Assembly: GCA_016705545.1 (NCBI GenBank)
Contig: JADIYA010000007.1
Coordinates: forward strand, 163,728 to 227,727
Direction of reading: 5' to 3'
DNA: 64,000 bases
Source of the DNA: Flavobacteriales bacterium
GTDB taxonomy: Bacteria; Bacteroidota; Bacteroidia; Flavobacteriales_F; PHOS-HE28
Part shown: positions 61,063 to 64,000 of the stretch, piece after piece
Layout of the letters: each line of letters starts with the position of its first letter
How positions within the stretch are numbered: position 1 is the first letter of the stretch
The notes under the pieces: model-generated
Database searches by the model: none
The model's input: only the letters and a program-made list of their open reading frames with translations
Told to the model about the DNA's origin: nothing
Position numbers and translations under genes: made by a program

Positions 61063-61920
61063 CCCCGCAAAGGGCACGACGGCTCCGAACGGCCTGCGCA
61101 TCGCTTACGGCCTTGGCGTGCTTGGGCGCATGCTCGACTGGAACAGACGATGACGACCCCGTCGTTGCCCGCGCTTATGAGCAGCAATTGCGCTGGAGCG
61201 ACCTGCGCCAGCTCGTTCCCTTGGGCACGGAACCAGAGGACAGCGCAGCCTTGGTGCAGGCCTACGTGAACAATTGGCTCAGGCAACAGGTGGAACTGCG
61301 CCACGCTGAGCAGCAGCTCGCGGAGAACAGGAAACTCTTCGATGCCGAGCTGCGCGATTACCGCAATTCACTGCTGCTTCACGCATACGAGGAGGAACTC
61401 GTGCGGCAGCACCTCGATACGGCTTTCTCGGAGGGAGATATCGAATCGTACTACCAGGCCAACACCGACCGTTTCGTCCTCCGCGACGACCTGGTGCGTG
61501 CACGATGGTTCCGTGTCACCGAGAATGACCGCCGTGCACTCAAGCGCATCGAGGACCGTTTCCTCAGCGGGAAGGCCGACGACATGCGCGAGGTGGAGAT
61601 CCAGTGGCCATGAGGAGCATCACGATCACGGATCGCAGTGGAGCTGGACCTCCCTTTCGGAACTCCGCAACGAGGTGCCCATCGAGTCCATCTCCGCAGT
61701 GCCTCCTGCGGGAAGGCGGCTCACCTTGAGGGACGACGATGGCGCGTGGTTCCTGGACATCGTCGAACTTCGCCCCCGCTTGAGTCCATCGCCCATTGAA
61801 CTGGTGCGCCAGGACATCCGCTCCATCCTCCTGAACCAGCGCAAGCTCACCTTGATCGAGCGCATGCGCGAAGACCTATATCAACAAGCCCTAGCAAACG
61901 ATGCGATCGAAGCGCCTTGA
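61059..61920 (+). CDS. Hypothetical lipoprotein (SurA-N-like chaperone-associated), with a frame break near 61610.
   Basis: GTG start overlaps the upstream stop (GTGA). Lipobox-like LTALACLGACS. Frame 1 reads up to ...DDMREVEIQWP-stop at 61613 and continues in ORF 61342..61920 (...SELRNEVPIESISAVPPAGRRLTLRDDDGAWFLDIVELRPRLSPSPIELVRQDIRSILLNQRKLTLIERMREDLYQQA). Confidence 0.45.
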
Positions 61921-63268
61921 AATCCTCGCGCTCGCCGTTGCGATGCCGGTGGCGCTGCTCGCGCAGCCCCAGTCGCTGCTGATCGACAAGGTTGTAGCGG
62001 TGGTGGGCCGCGAAGCCTTGCTGCGCTCCGATGTGCTGGGGAAGTTGGAGCAGGCGCGTCAAGCAGGTGCTCCGTCTGACGGATTGGAATGCGCGATGCT
62101 CGATGAGCTGCTATACGAGAAGCTGCTGGTTGAGCAAGGCAAGCTCGACAGCGTTAATGTGGATGAGGCGCAGGTGAACTCGGAGCTCGACCGCCGCATC
62201 CGCTATTTCTCCCAGCAGATCGGCGGCGACCGAAAGCTGGAGGAATACTATGGCAAGAGCATCGCCGAGATCAAGGACGATTTCCGAAAGCAGGTGCACG
62301 ATCAATTGCTCATGCAGCAGGTGCAGCAGCGCATCACCGCCGAGGTTAGCCTCACCCCGCGCGATGTGAAGCGGTTCTTCGAGCGCATACCCGAGGACAG
62401 CATCCCGTACGTGGGCACCGAGGTGGAATTCTCCGTCATCCTGCGGGTGCCCAAGGCCAGTGAAGACGAAGTGAGGCGCGTGCGCAGGAAGATGGAGGAG
62501 TACCGGGAAGCCATCGTGAAGAAAGAGAAGGACTTCTGCGTGCTGGCCATGGCCTACTCCGAGGATCCAGGATCGGCCAAGGATTGCGGCGAACTCGGCA
62601 TGGTGCCGCCTGGTGTGATGGTGCCCGAATTCGATGCCGTGGCCATGAGCCTGAAGGATGGCGAGGTGAGCAATGTGTTCTCCACGCAGTTCGGATGGCA
62701 CTTCATGCAGATGGTGGAGCGACGGGGCGAGCAGTACAATGCGCGGCACGTGCTCATGATTCCCAAGGTCTCACCTGCCGACCTGCTGCGCGAACGCGAT
62801 CGCTTGGATAGCGTGCGCACGGCCGTGATCGCCGGCACGCTCGATTTCGGTGAGGCCGCGCTTGCCATGAGCGATGATGAAGAGAGCAAGGGCAACCGCG
62901 GGCTGATGGTGGAGCCCAATGCGAATTCGACCCGATGGGACCTGAAGGCCATTGACCAGCAGACCTTCTTCGTCCTTGATCGGCTGAAGCCCGGCGAGGT
63001 CAGCGAGCCCCAAGTGATCATCAACCCCGACGGAAGCAAGGCGTACCGGCTGCTCAAGCTCTTGAGCCGCAGCGAGCCGCACCGAGCCAATCTGCGCGAT
63101 GATTATCGCCTCATCCATCAGGCCGCCGAAGCGCGCAAACGACAAGAGAGCGTGGATCGGTGGGTGAGCGAACGGAGCGCAACCACCTATATCCGGATCG
63201 ACCCCGACTACCAGGAGTGTCCATTCACCCATCCTTGGAACCCGCCCGCTACAGGGCAACGACCATGA
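61901..63268 (+). CDS. surA: Peptidyl-prolyl cis-trans isomerase SurA.
   Basis: Signal peptide. SurA N-domain (LLIDKVVAVVGREALLRSDV...) and parvulin domain (RHVLMIPKV...; GELGMVPPGVMVPEFDAVAMSLKDGEVSNVFSTQFGWHFMQM). Confidence 0.85.
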   Translation: MRSKRLEILALAVAMPVALLAQPQSLLIDKVVAVVGREALLRSDVLGKLEQARQAGAPSDGLECAMLDELLYEKLLVEQGKLDSVNVDEAQVNSELDRRIRYFSQQIGGDRKLEEYYGKSIAEIKDDFRKQVHDQLLMQQVQQRITAEVSLTPRDVKRFFERIPEDSIPYVGTEVEFSVILRVPKASEDEVRRVRRKMEEYREAIVKKEKDFCVLAMAYSEDPGSAKDCGELGMVPPGVMVPEFDAVAMSLKDGEVSNVFSTQFGWHFMQMVERRGEQYNARHVLMIPKVSPADLLRERDRLDSVRTAVIAGTLDFGEAALAMSDDEESKGNRGLMVEPNANSTRWDLKAIDQQTFFVLDRLKPGEVSEPQVIINPDGSKAYRLLKLLSRSEPHRANLRDDYRLIHQAAEARKRQESVDRWVSERSATTYIRIDPDYQECPFTHPWNPPATGQRP

Positions 63269-64000
63269 GCAGCGACGTGCAGAGCGTAGAGCGATTCGGC
63301 GAGCAGTATCGCCGGCTGAAAGCCGAAGTGAACAAAGTGATCATCGGTCAGGATGCCGTGGTGGACCATGTGCTCCTGGGCATTTTCAGCCGGGGGCATT
63401 GCCTTCTGGTAGGCGTGCCTGGCCTGGCGAAGACCTTGCTGGTGAATACCGTGGCGCGTGCACTCGGATTGACATTCAACCGCATCCAGTTCACCCCTGA
63501 TCTGATGCCGAGCGACATCATCGGCAGCGAGATACTTGGTGAGGACCGTCACTTCCGCTTCATCAAGGGCCCCTTGTTCGCCAACATCGTCCTAGCCGAT
63601 GAGATCAACCGTACCCCGCCGAAGACCCAGGCCGCGCTGCTCGAAGCCATGCAGGAGAAAGCCGTGACCGCAGCCGGACAGACCCACCGATTGCCCGATC
63701 CGTTCTTCGTGCTCGCCACGCAGAACCCGATTGAGCAAGAAGGGACCTATCCCCTTCCAGAGGCGCAGCTTGACCGATTCATGTTCGACATCCGAGTCGA
63801 TTACCCCTCTTTCGCAGAGGAACTCGCCGTGGTGAAAGCCACCACCAGCGATGAACAACCTGAATTACGGCCGGTTCTCTCTGCAGAGGAGATCATCCAT
63901 TTCCAGGGCCTCGTGCGTCGAGTACCCGTTGCCGAGAATGTGCTTGAGTATGCCGTGAAACTCGCCACGCGCACCCGACCCGGCCTGCCCACAGCACCGG
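63265..64000 (+). CDS. MoxR-family AAA+ ATPase (partial; continues beyond the window end).
   Basis: ATGA overlap with the surA stop. Walker A LLVGVPGLAKTLLV, Walker B LANIVLADEINRTPPKTQAALLEAMQE, sensor ATQNP. Confidence 0.9.
   Translation, partial: MSSDVQSVERFGEQYRRLKAEVNKVIIGQDAVVDHVLLGIFSRGHCLLVGVPGLAKTLLVNTVARALGLTFNRIQFTPDLMPSDIIGSEILGEDRHFRFIKGPLFANIVLADEINRTPPKTQAALLEAMQEKAVTAAGQTHRLPDPFFVLATQNPIEQEGTYPLPEAQLDRFMFDIRVDYPSFAEELAVVKATTSDEQPELRPVLSAEEIIHFQGLVRRVPVAENVLEYAVKLATRTRPGLPTAP

Overview
This window is a high-GC (about 63-65%) chromosomal segment, most likely from a member of Bacteroidota. It is densely coding, with about 50 genes on both strands. At least six proteins carry Type IX secretion (T9SS) C-terminal sorting domains of type A or type B. 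Housekeeping genes include recF, valS, rho, a deoxyhypusine synthase, an Mpl-type Mur ligase, a lytic transglycosylase, SurA/PpiC chaperones and a MoxR ATPase. Accessory content includes a CotH-kinase/lamin-tail protein, a DUF4397 repeat protein, an Omp28-like protein, an S8 subtilase, a PKD protein and one giant adhesin-like gene of about 8.8 kb. That giant gene contains SBBP beta-propeller repeats, SprB repeats, HYR-like repeats and about 19 near-identical 222-bp tandem repeats. Further features are an ECF sigma/anti-sigma pair, a MerR-type regulator and a contiguous MBOAT plus two SGNH hydrolases plus MltD operon that resembles an O-acetylation module. The 1.6-kb PKD/T9SS gene is flanked by perfect 36-bp direct repeats that duplicate the 3-prime end of the MBOAT gene. 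A 687-bp intragenic tandem duplication lies inside the DUF4397 gene. Many genes have broken reading frames, including the essential rho and valS. The breaks I could localise are single-base indels in C/G homopolymers, so I read them as sequence or assembly errors rather than pseudogenes. I found no tRNA, rRNA, CRISPR array, integrase or transposase.
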